Source: Trichoplax adhaerens (taxonomy: Eukaryota; Animalia; Placozoa). From it: a stretch of DNA of 64,000 nucleotides. The stretch is from the NCBI RefSeq assembly GCF_000150275.1, contig NW_002060949.1, positions 5,817,858 through 5,881,857 of the forward strand, given 5' to 3'. This document shows, one piece after another, positions 27,290 through 40,600 of this stretch (within the stretch, counting starts at the first letter, position 1; the number at the start of each line of letters is the position of its first letter). Below the pieces are notes generated by a model that had not been told where the DNA came from, searched no databases, and saw only the letters and a list, made by a program, of their open reading frames with translations. The translations under genes and the position numbers were made by a program.

Positions 27290-30200
27290 ATGGCTTATTC
27301 GTCGATTCAATTAGCTAATAGTAAATTATCACCCCGAATTCTTCGTTATGGAAGTTATGCTAAGGTAAAGTAATATTATTGTGTCAGAACTGGTTTACCT
27401 TTCTTGTTTATTTACACTTGCAGTCCAGTGGATGAATTACATTTGAATAGATCGAATTGATTGATAAATCATATCATTGCAGTATTGCACACGGTTGATC
27501 TCCACGATAGATCATCGCCTTTGTCAATGATCAGTCAGTAGTTGATTATTTTTACTATACTCAAGTGGTAGATCTATCCAACTGGTGGAATGGCTATGAA
27601 AAGAGCGCGCTAGATTAAAGTTGATTTCAATCGATCATCAGCAGTTAATAACGTTAGTGGTTGTTATCTAATCTTGACATGTCGTTATAACAATGGATAT
27701 CGTAGCTACTATTGAGGCCGCGATTACCTTAATCCCTTTATCAACCATGACCCTTTTCAATCTTAGCCTATAATTTCACAATGCTATTTCCGTTAATGTA
27801 GACATTCTTAGTTCGATATTCACTTAAAATCAGGCTATTACCTTTAAAATATTCTGAATGATTAATGATGATAACATACCAACGTGCGAATATGTTGATC
27901 GCATACAATCTCAATGGATATTACTCTCATACTTGCAAGTGCTGTAGTACAAGTAGCTGAGTAAATAGAAAACAAATCCACTACTAGCAACACATAATAT
28001 TCCTGTATTGAGTAATATCCTACGCTTAATAAAGTATTAAAATGCTAAAGCCCAAACGTATTGTAAAAATTGATGATCAAGCAGTTAACGCGCGCTACAG
28101 AGACGATACAGTGGACTTTAGTTCCTATTGTATACCTCCACGTTGATGGATCAAAGGTATATGATTAAAATCCAATACCCAATTATCGAATGATAATAAC
28201 ATGCAATATACAAACGAATCAAGGTATAGATCCCTACTGATCATCAATAATAACGTAATAAAACTAGAGATAATTGATTGTATAAATCATTAATCACTTC
28301 ATGATTATTCAATTAAGTTAAATCAACTAAAGTAATATTCTCACAATGACCTTCTACCGATACCTGCAATATCGTTTTTTAAACAGAACTGTATGTTATG
28401 AATGTGAACATAGAGTATTGGTACGTCAATAACCATGCTGTACTGTACTCTACTCTACACGATGTCGTCATAGTAATCACCAATGTATTTACTGCTGGTT
28501 AAAGCTAAAGTTAGCCGCGGTAGTCACTAAATTGCTGTAAATATCTTAATTTCAATATCACAACCTAAACTACAATAAGATTAAATTTAAGGTAAAAATA
28601 GCTCAGGTAGCAAATTTAACTCATAATGTTAACCTTTTAAGCCTTCAAGATTGTAACAGATTATCATTTATTGTACATAGGAGTCCGCGGCACTCATTAT
28701 TTCACCCAAGTTGCGAAAATCCTACGCAAGGTATAGTACAGTATTCCTCTATACATACATGTATATATACTGGACCCGTTTAAACTCATATATAATTTAA
28801 TTGTATCAATATAGAAACCAATACTCACTCTATGTATAAATGTTATTCATTTATTTAACTAGATATGCTAGTCAAGAGATTTATTACCATTAAAATTATA
28901 ATTTATAATAATAGCAACAACAGAAATTTTCGTTGAGACATCTTTCTTGTATTGCTACTATTATTATTGTTTTATTAGTAAAATGAACGGTCAATTTTGA
29001 CAACATCAATGCCTCGTATTCTACCCATAGAGTTATAATTTATTAATGTATGATATTAATGACTAATTATCGGTGCCGTAGATTAGAAGTAATGCAGTCA
29101 ATCTAGATCCCTGGTCGTTATTAGCTATGATTTTTCACTAAAGTTACGCAAAGTTAATGTATTGATAGCTTTTTCTAAAAGTCAAGAATTGATATTTTCG
29201 TAAAATTATCTAGTGCCGCCATTGATAAGGAACTTGACGATGGTTACCTTCATCATAGCGTCGTTCCAACTATGCACTATCAACCAAGTCTGCCGAGATT
29301 ACCAATCCCATCACTAGAAAAGACTTGCATGAGGTATTTAAACGGTGTTCAACCATTGCTCTCCGCAAAAGAGTTCGAACAAACAAGTAGAATAGTTAAA
29401 GACTTTGAAGAAAATGAGGGCAAAGGTAAAACATGCGTTAGAACGACAATAGCTGATATAAAATAGATTAGCAAATTATATTTACAACACAGTATTTCTA
29501 GTTGTAAGTTAACTCGTAATGTAATACATTTATTCCAGCCTTACACAAAGAATTGGTTGAAAATGATAAAAAAAACAAGCACACCAGCTATATTGCAAGT
29601 AAATAATAGCTTAAAAACTTATATCATTTATATGATATCATCATTTAAATAATGTGAGAATCATTTACCTTTTATAACAGAGCCGTGGATGGATATGTAT
29701 TTGTCGGATCGAACAGCTATTCCTATCAATTATAATCCGGGTCTAATATTTTTGAATAAAAATCCACAAATTACAGACCAGGTAAAAATTTTTATTGATC
29801 TTACCTTCTGTTGGTTTCGAGATGTCTGTTAATATAAATTTTATAGACCTGTACGTATTTCTTTGGCTTACGCAAAATGTAGTACGGACACAGTGACTAA
29901 GAATGCTGTTATTTATAAATAAATATATAGACTTATTTGTAAAAACTTATAATTATTTTTCTTGTATGTTGCAATCAGGCACTACGAGCCACTGGAATAA
30001 TTTACTCTAGCCTCAGATTTATGCGATCATTGGAAACTAATAAATTGACCCCTGACATCTTTCACCTTAACCCAAAGAATAGTGATACCAAATGGTTTCA
30101 TAATTTAGTGAGGTCTGATGAATGCTAATGATGCTTTATTTGATAGCTCCTAGTAATCGATATAGTATTACTTCGACATTCTAATATTTACATTTTATGT

Positions 30201-32197
30201 TAAACGATAACTTACTATGTAACATAGATTTAAAATCGAATAAAATATTCCATATTAAATACGAAACCTTTGTCTATGATTATATATATTTTATATCACC
30301 TAATTTGTACATGTACCATTTTTTTTACGTTGGGCATTATTGTAGACTTACTCCTAGCAACTATTCTTGGTATGCTGCCTATTTAGCTAATGCCTATCCG
30401 TTGGATATGAGTCAGTATAAGAACTTGTTTAAATCAACGCGTATTCCTAAGCTTAACATGGACTATAATCAAGCATTTCCTGATTCTAATCATATACTGG
30501 TGATGAAAAATGGTCGTTTTTATACGTTTAATGTTATTGATCCTATTGATGGTATGTATACAGGTTGCATAACTTAGCAATATTGCATAAATGTGCTCGT
30601 CGTTTACTGCATTCTATAACGAGAACTGCTATTTTAACGGTTCTAAGGTTCTCCGCTACCTCCCGCATATATTTACGCACAACTACGTAATATTGCCGAG
30701 AGCGAGTCTTCACCTCCTGAGTTTCCTATTAATTTCTTAACAACCGAAAATCGTGATACCTGGGCTAATCTTAGAGAAGAATTAGAAGCTGATGAATTAA
30801 ATGCCGAATCTTTAAAAGCAATTGACAGTGCCATATTGGCACTGTGTTTAGATGATGTTGGACATGATGACCCTGCTAAAGCTATGTTACAAGTATTACA
30901 CGGAAACGGATATAATAGGTATAGAACTACAATTATATATTATATTATAGACTTTTAAATATTTTTACACGATGATATATGTCCAAAACTGACATGTTTT
31001 CTTTAACTTAGATGGTTTGATAAATCGTTTCAAATAATAGTCAATAAGAAAGGTGAGGGTGCGATGAATTTTGAACATGCTTGGGGTGATGGAGTGGCAG
31101 TAATGCGTTATGTAATAGACATGATCGATGACAGTAGTAAGAATTTAATTACTAAAGGTAAGAATTTCGGTACTGTTATAAGATCTCCGTAAATGGAGTG
31201 CTCACAATAAAAGTCTATAGGAATCGCATAATCTCTTTATATTGTTTAGAATCCGTCTCGAGCAATGTTGATATTGAAAGTCAGACCAAGGAGCTACAAT
31301 TTAACTTGAGCGAAAATTTAAAATCTAGTATAAATGTAGCCAAGGAAAATTTTGTCGCTCTCAGTAATACACTAGAATCTCAAGTCGTACAATATGAAAA
31401 AATGAATAAGAATTACATAAAAGAAAAAAGATTGAGTCCGGATTCAGTTATGCAGCTTGCATTACAGGCATGCCACTCTTGAATTCAAAATTTTTTTAAT
31501 TTATATACCTTACAATTGTTCTTTATTGAATGAAGATAAATTATTTATTCAATCAGCTCGCCTACTATAGAATGACAGGTCAAATTCCAACTGTTTATGA
31601 ATCATGCAGTACTGCTGCTTTCAAGCACGGTCGAACTGAATGCCTAAGGTCTGTATCGATGTTAACAAAAGCATGCTGTGAAGCTTTTGGTAGGAATAAT
31701 CCAGCTACTGCATCCGAGATAAGAGAGCTTATGGGAAAGTGTTCCGATTATCATGGAAAACTGACAAGAGAAGCATCTATGGGCAAGTCTATATTTACGA
31801 TATTGCTGTAGCCAAATATGAATATATTTTCTTTTGAACGATATTTTCTTGTTTTATAGGTCAAGGATTTGATCGCCATCTGTTTGCATTAAGAGTTTTA
31901 GCCGCATCAAGCTTAAATAAATTGCCCGATATCTTCTTGGATCCTACTTTTAGCAAGGCTTCACACTTTACCTTATCAACGAGCACTTTAGGAACTGAGT
32001 ACATTACCAACGGTGGTTTCGGCCCTGTAGTTAAAGATGGTCTTGGGCTGCCCTATATGGTCCTTAATGACTTTGTTGGGGTGACAATAACTAGCTATGA
32101 ACCAAAAGGACGTGCTCAAGCTTTCGCAGATAGTGTCAAAAGAAGTTTAGATGACATTTACGATGTTCTAAATGGTAAAAATTTCAAGTCTAACTGA
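27290..32197 (+). CDS. CPT2: Carnitine O-palmitoyltransferase 2, mitochondrial (multi-exon)
   Basis: Basic, Ser-rich presequence; PTMHYQPSLPRLPIP; AYPLDMSQY; NRWFDKSF; catalytic FEHAWGDG; SPDSVMQLALQ; YESCSTAAFKHGRTE; MGQGFDRHLFAL; LSTSTL; GGFGPVV. The first two exons (27290-27364, 28681-28730) are less certain. Confidence 0.94.
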
Positions 32198-33092
32198 ATG
32201 TAACAATTCATAGAGCTAAAGTGCTAATATTACTGAAGACTTTCTTTCTCTATAAACAAGTAATTAGTTTATGTTAAGATACGTAAGTTATTGATATTTT
32301 GGATACAGTACAGTGCAGCTATGATAAAATTGCATAAATGTCATCAATATTTAGCGTACATATTTTTTATCGGTTGAAAATTATTAGACGGTTTAACGTT
32401 AAATCTACACCAAACTGTGTTAATGTACTTAAATGTACGGGCATACATTCGTGCAATTTCATTCTTTTCACGAATATTTGTACTGTAATGGCTTAATCTG
32501 TTCGTGATTGGGCTCGATTCTCTTCGATTGCGAATGTGGTTATAATATTGCGATATTAGTAAGGAATATTAGTAAAGCAAATTGATTAAAGAGATTCCTC
32601 TGATTCGACTATTGTGCTCACTCATATTAATTGTAAGACAGAAAATGGAACAATAAATGTGCGAGTTGCGAGTAAGTTGATTTATTCCTTAATGGTCACA
32701 CCATGGCATAGTACAAAGAATTTCCTTTATCATAATTATTACCACCCTTAGTTCCAGCATACGAATATAAATAAATACTGGTTAAGACCGGAAATTTTAT
32801 TTCTTAAATAGTATTTCGATAGTATCTACTATTGTTCTGTATGCGTATAGACTCTCAGATCATCTATAGTGCTAAAAAAATCGTTGGTATATGATTATAT
32901 ATCTGCATACCTAGCTATCCCTATGGTCCAACTCGAAGTATAATCTGATACGTAGAATATAGTGTATTCTTATATTGCAAAGAGGTACAGTGCATCTAAA
33001 ATAGCTTACTTGTGATTACATAAGGAGTTTCATTCTTACCTTGTTATTGATATTTAAAAGTTAGGAGAGCACTTATAATAAAGAGTTTGTTG

Positions 33093-35673
33093 CTAAACTT
33101 GATCATTTTGCGCACCTTTAAGCAAGATACAGACAGGATGGCTCTCTAAGCTCCAGCCATAATCAGTCGCTACTTTAACCCAGACTACGATATATCTGCC
33201 CGCTGGTACATTATTAATCAGACAGTCTGTAGTATTACAATTATAGGTATTCTTATAATGGGATGATTTGTGATTGATATGGCAGGTATTGCTACTAGTT
33301 TCAGCGTAATTAATCTGATAAAAATGAAGATTAGATTTCCCGATGTATCCAGATTTAAACTTAATACGAAATCCAGTGTTGGTAATATTAGTGATGGCAA
33401 TATTAGTGACAGGCTCAGGCACATCTAACAGTAGTTAAAAAATAAAATCCACATTAAAATAGATCATATCTCTTCATCGTCTCTTTATAGTTGTTTATAA
33501 TAATCTAAATAAAACAATGATAAAGTAGAATTGTCGATACTTCAGAATCTAATGAGATTTACGATACTAGCATAATTCATTAATAGTATTATTTTCAATT
33601 GGCTATGGCAGACTGCCATCTTAAAATCTCACCGGCAACAACAATGGAAATATCTTTAGTCAGTTTTCCATATTCATTTCTGGCAGTACATGAGCAGATT
33701 CCAGTCTGTCTTAAGGATAGAGATTGTAATTCTATTATATTATTCTTGTATTCGAAGCGACCACGTTCATTTATGCATGTCCAAGTAATAGTTGGCAATG
33801 GTACTGCAGTAGCTTTGCATGTTAAAGTAATACTTAGACCTGCAACTACTTCTAGGTGTGTTATTTCATTTTTCTTAGGTATTATAACCATGTCAATCGG
33901 TGGGCTTATAACCATGTCAATCGGTGGGCCTATATCAATTATAAGAGAATACCAATTGATCAGTGATATAATATTAACAGGTATAAATTGCAACAGATAC
34001 TAATCTCTTGAGTAAAAGTTAATAGTCACGAAACAGGATTGGGATTAAGTAGTGAATTAAATTTTAAAAACTTTAACAAGTATGATTATGTTACGAATAG
34101 TCTAGACGTATAAAGAATATTAAAATTATTTGACACGACTATAGCATAGTCTTTAATAAGATGGGGATTAAAAAAGAATGAACTGTTTAAAAGTTTTATC
34201 AGGAATTATATTAAAAATACAGGGAATAGTTAGTCAGCTATTTGATGCGATAACCCAATCATAGCGTAGTCAGAAAAAGGAAAGGGATTAGATGACGAAT
34301 TAATCTTGAATGACTTCAATAAAAATTATAGTAAGAATACAAGGAATATCCAATAAACTATTTAACGTGATTATGCATGCACGAGGAGACCTAAATGAGC
34401 TTCGGTGCATTAAAATAATTTTTTAAAGATTTTTTATAAATATAGCAAACAGGAACACTACTTATACATAATTAGTTTACTCTCAATTTTGATATTATAA
34501 CTCCTATATTACCGTGAACTTGGATAAAAAGGTTTTTCTTGAACACTTTATTTTGGTATTGTACAATTGCGGTTTCATAAATATATTTTCCGCTATTTCT
34601 GTATCCAACAGGGGGTATGTAAAGCCTGTCCGATGAATAAGAATTTCCGAAATTGATCACGTAATAGCAAGGTTCTAAAATAGTAAAACTTGATTGTCTC
34701 CTTGAATTTATATCGCACTTGGCTATGCGAGATCCATTCTCGAACTTCCAACTAGTAGAAGAATGTAATGGTTTTATTGCCGCATCACTTCCAGTAACGA
34801 AAATACTTTGACCCAGAATTAGTGATACAGTCCCACTAGGAGTTAGAGTGATATCATTGGATGAATACAGTTCTAGTAATGAATATGAAAGTCGATATTA
34901 ATTTCAGAGATAGAAGTAAATTTTGTACTTAATTCTATCACGCAATTTGGGGTGATATAGTCTTCAATAATTGATATGAATTATAAGCTCAGGCTATTGA
35001 ATATTCATTGCTTACACAGCACCATTTCGGCTTTTAATACTGATTACTTGCAGTGCCGTGGACTTCTTAACTTAATATAGATAAGTACGATGTATATGAA
35101 AGAAATCATTACCTTTTTCACAATATTTTCCTGTAAAACCGTCGTTGCATGAGCAAGTAAATATTTTCCAAAGCGAATGACATACCCCGTTCTTGCAAGG
35201 GCGCCTTGAGCATGAGGTAATATCTATAATGAATCAATTGATTAAAAAAATTACAAAACTAATGGGCTTAAAAAAATCATGTCTTATTCAGTAAATAGAA
35301 AATTTTTCTTAATTTGTTAACCTGTTTGGCAATACTTTCCAGTTCTAGAACCTGGGCAAAGGCAAGCATCTCCATCAAGTCCATGATAACATGTCGATTC
35401 TGCATGGCATCTATTATTCGCACAAGCGGCTTTTGCTGAAATTATAATTGTACCTTTAGATTTTATCACAGTTGAATATGAAACTGCATACATTCTAAAA
35501 GAAATTAAGCTATAAAACATTGCTAGTTTATGTACATGAAAGCCTGCTACATGTAATTGAGAGCGTTAGCTGTTTCATAATAGCATATTTCGTATGTTAT
35601 TTGAATTCATACCTTGATTTAAGTAATAGCAGGATAGAATTAAAACAGTGCTAAAAATCACGATTGATCGCAT
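33093..35673 (-). CDS. Secreted/cell-surface EGF-EGF-Ig-Ig-FN3 protein
   Basis: Signal-peptide exon MRSIVIFSTVLILSCYYLNQ; EGF CANNRC...CLCPGSRTGKYC; EGF CSRRPCKNGVC...CSCNDGFTGKYC; Ig ITLTCKATAVPLPTITW...TGICSCTARNEYG; FN3 VPEPVTNI...YIVVWVKVATDYGWS. All introns are phase 1. The 3' end is uncertain. Confidence 0.8.
33882..33929. repeat. Perfect 24-bp in-frame tandem duplication in Ig exon
   Basis: ttataaccatgtcaatcggtgggc x2, encoding PPIDMVI twice. Confidence 0.95.
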
Positions 35674-37640
35674 AATTACTCTTTAGTTAAAAAAACCGTA
35701 ATCACTCCAAGTGGATAAGAGGTATCGCTGCTAGAGCTGGCTACAATGAGAAGAAAGAGATTTTACTAATAAGAAAATGAGGAATATTGCAAAACGTAAA
35801 TTGTCCTCTATAATTTTCGATATTTACTTGATAATTTCAGGCTGAATTTCTAACTGGTCGCCAGCCGAAACATATAGATGAAAGTCATTAGCCACGGACG
35901 TGTTAAATGAATCCCGCAGTGAGTAGGCATTTATCCTTGTGAAGGCTTCTTTATAGGGAAATTTTAATTTACTTGAATCATTGACGAAGATATATATAGT
36001 CTTATATTCTTGATCTTCATGGATATCGATTCATTGACCACATTAAGATGCCTAAGTTACTACAGCATACCCAGTAAACCTTTAATTGGACCAATGATGC
36101 ACAAATTAGGCATTAAATCGAATACTAAATTGGAGACTACTTCGATAATTAAAATGAGTAATTACTCGTACCTTTTTTTATAGATATCTTCCTGTTGTTA
36201 AACTCGTTATATAAACGCATAATTTATGGTCCAGTTAGAGAATAAACAGACATCGCAATGATACTTATCTAACCTTATTTATAAGGAAAAGTAACACGAA
36301 TAGATTAATCAGGTAAATTGATTATTTATATTTGGTCATATTTCCTTTTATACCAACTTACAGTATATATATACCATACCATTACAGTCTATTACACAGT
36401 ATATTGTATGCTTTGCGTTCTTATTTTGCCCAGCTTTAGCTATTTATAGAGCATAGATAATCGGATTTGCTATCTACAGGATAGCCTAATCGAACTTTGT
36501 GTTATATTCTTGCCGCGAAGATAACATATAATAACTGAAAGAACTGCGATATTAATAAAATTATTTTATTTAGATCGTTCAGTATCATCTCCGCTATATA
36601 ATTTCTAAAGTAATGAGGTTTGCATAGTATATTCTGACCGTACTACGAACTTATTCATTCATTACCAATTTTCTATTTATTGAACATTTACTTAACTGCT
36701 TAATAATTAGGGATGCAAAGTCGTACAATAAATTCCCTTGATGTTAACCTTTGCAAGCTGATTGGAAAATGATTTTAACATATCTAAATGAAATCTAAGA
36801 TTCGACTTTTGTGCCTACATCCATAATATTACCGCAGAATCCTATAGTATCATAATTATAATAGGCTTGCTTTAATTCTGTTGGAAGATTGCAATATGTA
36901 AGCCCTTCATTAGAAACTACTGTTAGCAATGAGCAAGGCCAGCAAAGCGGCCAGCAATCACTCTAGAGTACTACAATAAAGTTATGGCTGTGTTGTTGTT
37001 CAAATATTACGTAAACACCGGCGCTCTACAGTTAATAACCCCCAAAAGAAAGTTTGTCGAAGCTTTATTAACCTTTAACTGTTTTACTATCTTATTGATT
37101 TTCGTCGTTTCGGTTTATGAAGCAACTTACACGAATTTAAATTAGAATAAAACCGAAATATCTTAAAATAATAATTACAGCAATGACAGTACAGGCAGTA
37201 TTACCGCTTGTGTAAACATTCTACACTACAATTGTTATTATACTGTACATACATTAGTTCAAAATTCCTTTACGTAAAAACTGTCATGCAAATAATGCAA
37301 GTTGAAAAATGTATCACAGCAATGTAAAATATACTACTACCCATATACTGGAACGAGGAAAGGTTTATGGGGAATTTCAAAATAAACCAAAATGGCATTT
37401 TGCTAGAAGATCAAGATTTCCATTCAAAGGATAACCTGTACTAATTCACAGTTCTACAGTAGTACTACATGGTTATGTTCGTCGGAAACTAAATCTACAA
37501 CCAAATATTACGAAAGTGACAAAAAAGACTACCGTAGCCTCATATATAATAAAATCACTTGCAATGTGTTACGTATAGTCGAGCACAGCGTAAAATGATT
37601 GAATGTCAATTAATAAGAGGTAATTCCATGTAGAGTAATA

Positions 37641-40600
37641 TTATGTTGAATTCTTAGTTCTACCCATTCCTTCCAACTGCTCTTTAAAATCCTGACGTTT
37701 ATCTTCCGGTACACAACTTAACATCTCTTGCATTAATACGGCCATTTTATTCTTACCCCTAATTATAAAACATAACGGATTATTATGGCTTAATAATACC
37801 ACATTAATCCCATTTCTTACTCTAAACAAAGTCATTCTAAAATACTCGATAGTGCACAACTTACTTATCCTTTTTTACACGTAGTTGTCTTTCCTGTAAT
37901 AAAGCATACTTTCTTAACGCAGGATTATTTTTGACATCAATTTGTACTTTACTCTCCATTAATCATCATTGTCAATATGAGTAAAATGTATTAGATTTCT
38001 ATCTTACCATTTTTTCAGTTTTATCCCTTTCATTTTCAGGTACAGTCTAAAAGGACGAAAAATAAAATTGCTTAATGGGATGAAGAGTAGAAATACCATA
38101 ATTAATATTGCAGTACCTGCAGAAATTCTCGTAAGTTTGTTTCATACTCTTGCTTTCTCTGAATAAAGTAAATGTCAATATTTAAGTGGATGGTTAATGA
38201 TGAGATAGGTATAGGTAATCTCTATAATTTAAGGTTATACCTTTTGCAATTCTTGTTCGTAATACGTCTTTTCTTCGGTAGATAAGTTATTCCACTTTTC
38301 TCTTAAAGTTACACCAATATCAGAAAATGATTTTCCTTTAACGTTATTTTTCTTATAAAAGTCACCAACAAATATGTTATATGAAGTCCTAAAAACAAAT
38401 TTTTCCATGTTATAGCAATTACAAGCCGCTACCCCTGAGTACATATGGTACCATTGTTACAAAATTTTAGCTACAATTCTTAAGATTGAAAACTTACGCA
38501 GGTGGATGTTTTACAATGGGACGATACTTGGAAGTACTTTTTTCCTTATCAGTCAAGCGAAAGTTTGGCTCTGATTTTCTCATCTCCTTTATTTCATTCT
38601 ATCCATGTCATAACAACGATGGTTTTAATTAACATCATTGGCCGAAATCTCTGATTAACATATGTAAGATAGCGCATACGCAACCTGATAGCGAGCAAGG
38701 TCAAAATTAGATGCTTTCTTCCATTCAATTGTCTGCTCATCGGATAAATTTTTCCATTCTTTGCTAATAATGAGACGACTCTCTTTCAATGATTTCTACG
38801 TAGATGTAGACGAGGTAATGTACAGTTTCATAAAGGTAGACAGATAAAGGATATTGTAGATATTCCTAACAGCAATATAAAAATCTCCTTGAGTTACGTA
38901 CCCCTTCTTCTTTTAGTTCATTTAATCGCACGCGCAAGAAGCAATGGTAAGGAGAGCTTTAAATTTAAAAGGGTGCAATATATTAACAAATTCTGTTTCG
39001 TTACAGCTGTTGTAAGCAGTAATACAGCAAAATATTACCGTGGAGGGCGTATCTTCTTCTTTCTCTTAGGGCTATTATTGAAATAATAGTAAAAAATTTT
39101 AGAACTTGTGTGTATTTTTTTACAACATTAGTGTTTTAGCAGTATAGTCATAGACTCACGGTATGGTTTTACGTGATTTCTTGGGCCCCTTAGCAGTACT
39201 AACTCCAAGTCTATTTATAGAAACGATTGCAATTGTAATATTAATGGCTATTAGAATTTGACTAAAAAATGAAATTTAATCATCCAGTTACTTGGCCAGT
39301 GTTTCCTTATATACTTTCTCATCCTCTAAATATTTTTCTTGATATTTTTTCTAACGTAATTTACAAATGAAGATAAAAATTATCAACAATCAACCATGGC
39401 ACGTAACAACTTCATTAAACAATTGAGTAACTACCTTTTTCTTATCCGGTAGATTTCTCCACACTTCGCTGATTTTCTTAGATGCTTCAACTGAAGTTAT
39501 CTTTGATTGTTTACCGATTAATTTCTTCCGTCTTTCAGCATAAAACTGCAAGTATGCATTGAGAGGCTTTTTAGGTAAGTCATGCTGGCAATTTTCCCAA
39601 TACTAAAAATTCAATATCACAGTTGAGATAAATGCAATAACTTTGAAAAATAAAGTATATGCAAGACTGTATTTCTGTGTTTTTTTATCATGGTGAAGGT
39701 TGCTTCGAAGATCTTACATCAGATCCAGTTCCTTTAATGGCGTTCACCATTTCATGGACAGATCGTGTTTTTCTCATCTTTTTAAGATAAATCGAGCAAG
39801 ATGTTATTATACGTGGAGTGTATTGAAAAAAAATAGTGTAAAAAAGCGACAGTTGAAAAAATTTATTGATAGGCATTGTTAACTGCTTTAAATTATTTTA
39901 CAAACATTTTTCGTTAGTTTTTTCCATTTTTCCATCAAATCTTCACCGCTATGGTTATTCCAAGCAATTTCATCCCAATTTATTTTACCGTTGTAAGGCA
40001 TATTTAAAGGTGTAAGTGTGGCCAGACGTTCGAACAATTTTTCATATGTTTTACCACTCCATCCGTCTTCGTCATCTAATTTGAAAGAGTATCTACTTTA
40101 TAATTGTAAAAATTAACAACCGCAAAAGCTAGTGATATCTACTCGAATATATGTATTTATTAACGATAGGAAATCGATGTTGGCTATAGCCTTTTAAAAT
40201 TTCTCTTACGAATAGTTTAATTTCTTATACCGTACCACTTTTATAATAAAGTCCAGTATCAACTTTTATTAACATAGCTAAGTCTAAGTATACAGTATAT
40301 GCCTATCATAGGCAAGTGACGGTAAATTATACGAGTATAGAGAGTTGACTATTTTGGCATTAAATGGAATAAAGCTGCAATTGAAATAAACTATTTATTT
40401 GTTACCTGAACCTGCAGCGCCACTCAAAGATTCACCTTGCGATGATTCACTGAAGCAAGATTAATTTTGTTATGGAAAAATGGGATATTTATTAGTATCA
40501 GTGTAACTTAATCATCTTTAATTCAAGTGTCATTTTTAAATCTCCACTAGTAAAATTTTCGAATCTTAGCACTATCGTGGTAGTAGATTAAAATAGGTAC

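Noticed and set aside
28069-28248. 11-bp inverted repeat attgatgatca...tgatcatcaat with C/D-box-like words in CPT2 intron 1
   Set aside because: No terminal stem in snoRNA geometry and no TSD; compatible with chance in AT-rich DNA.
1-32197. Functional clustering of fatty-acid oxidation genes ACOX1 and CPT2
   Set aside because: They are 25 kb apart with unrelated genes between them, and nothing in the sequence suggests co-regulation.
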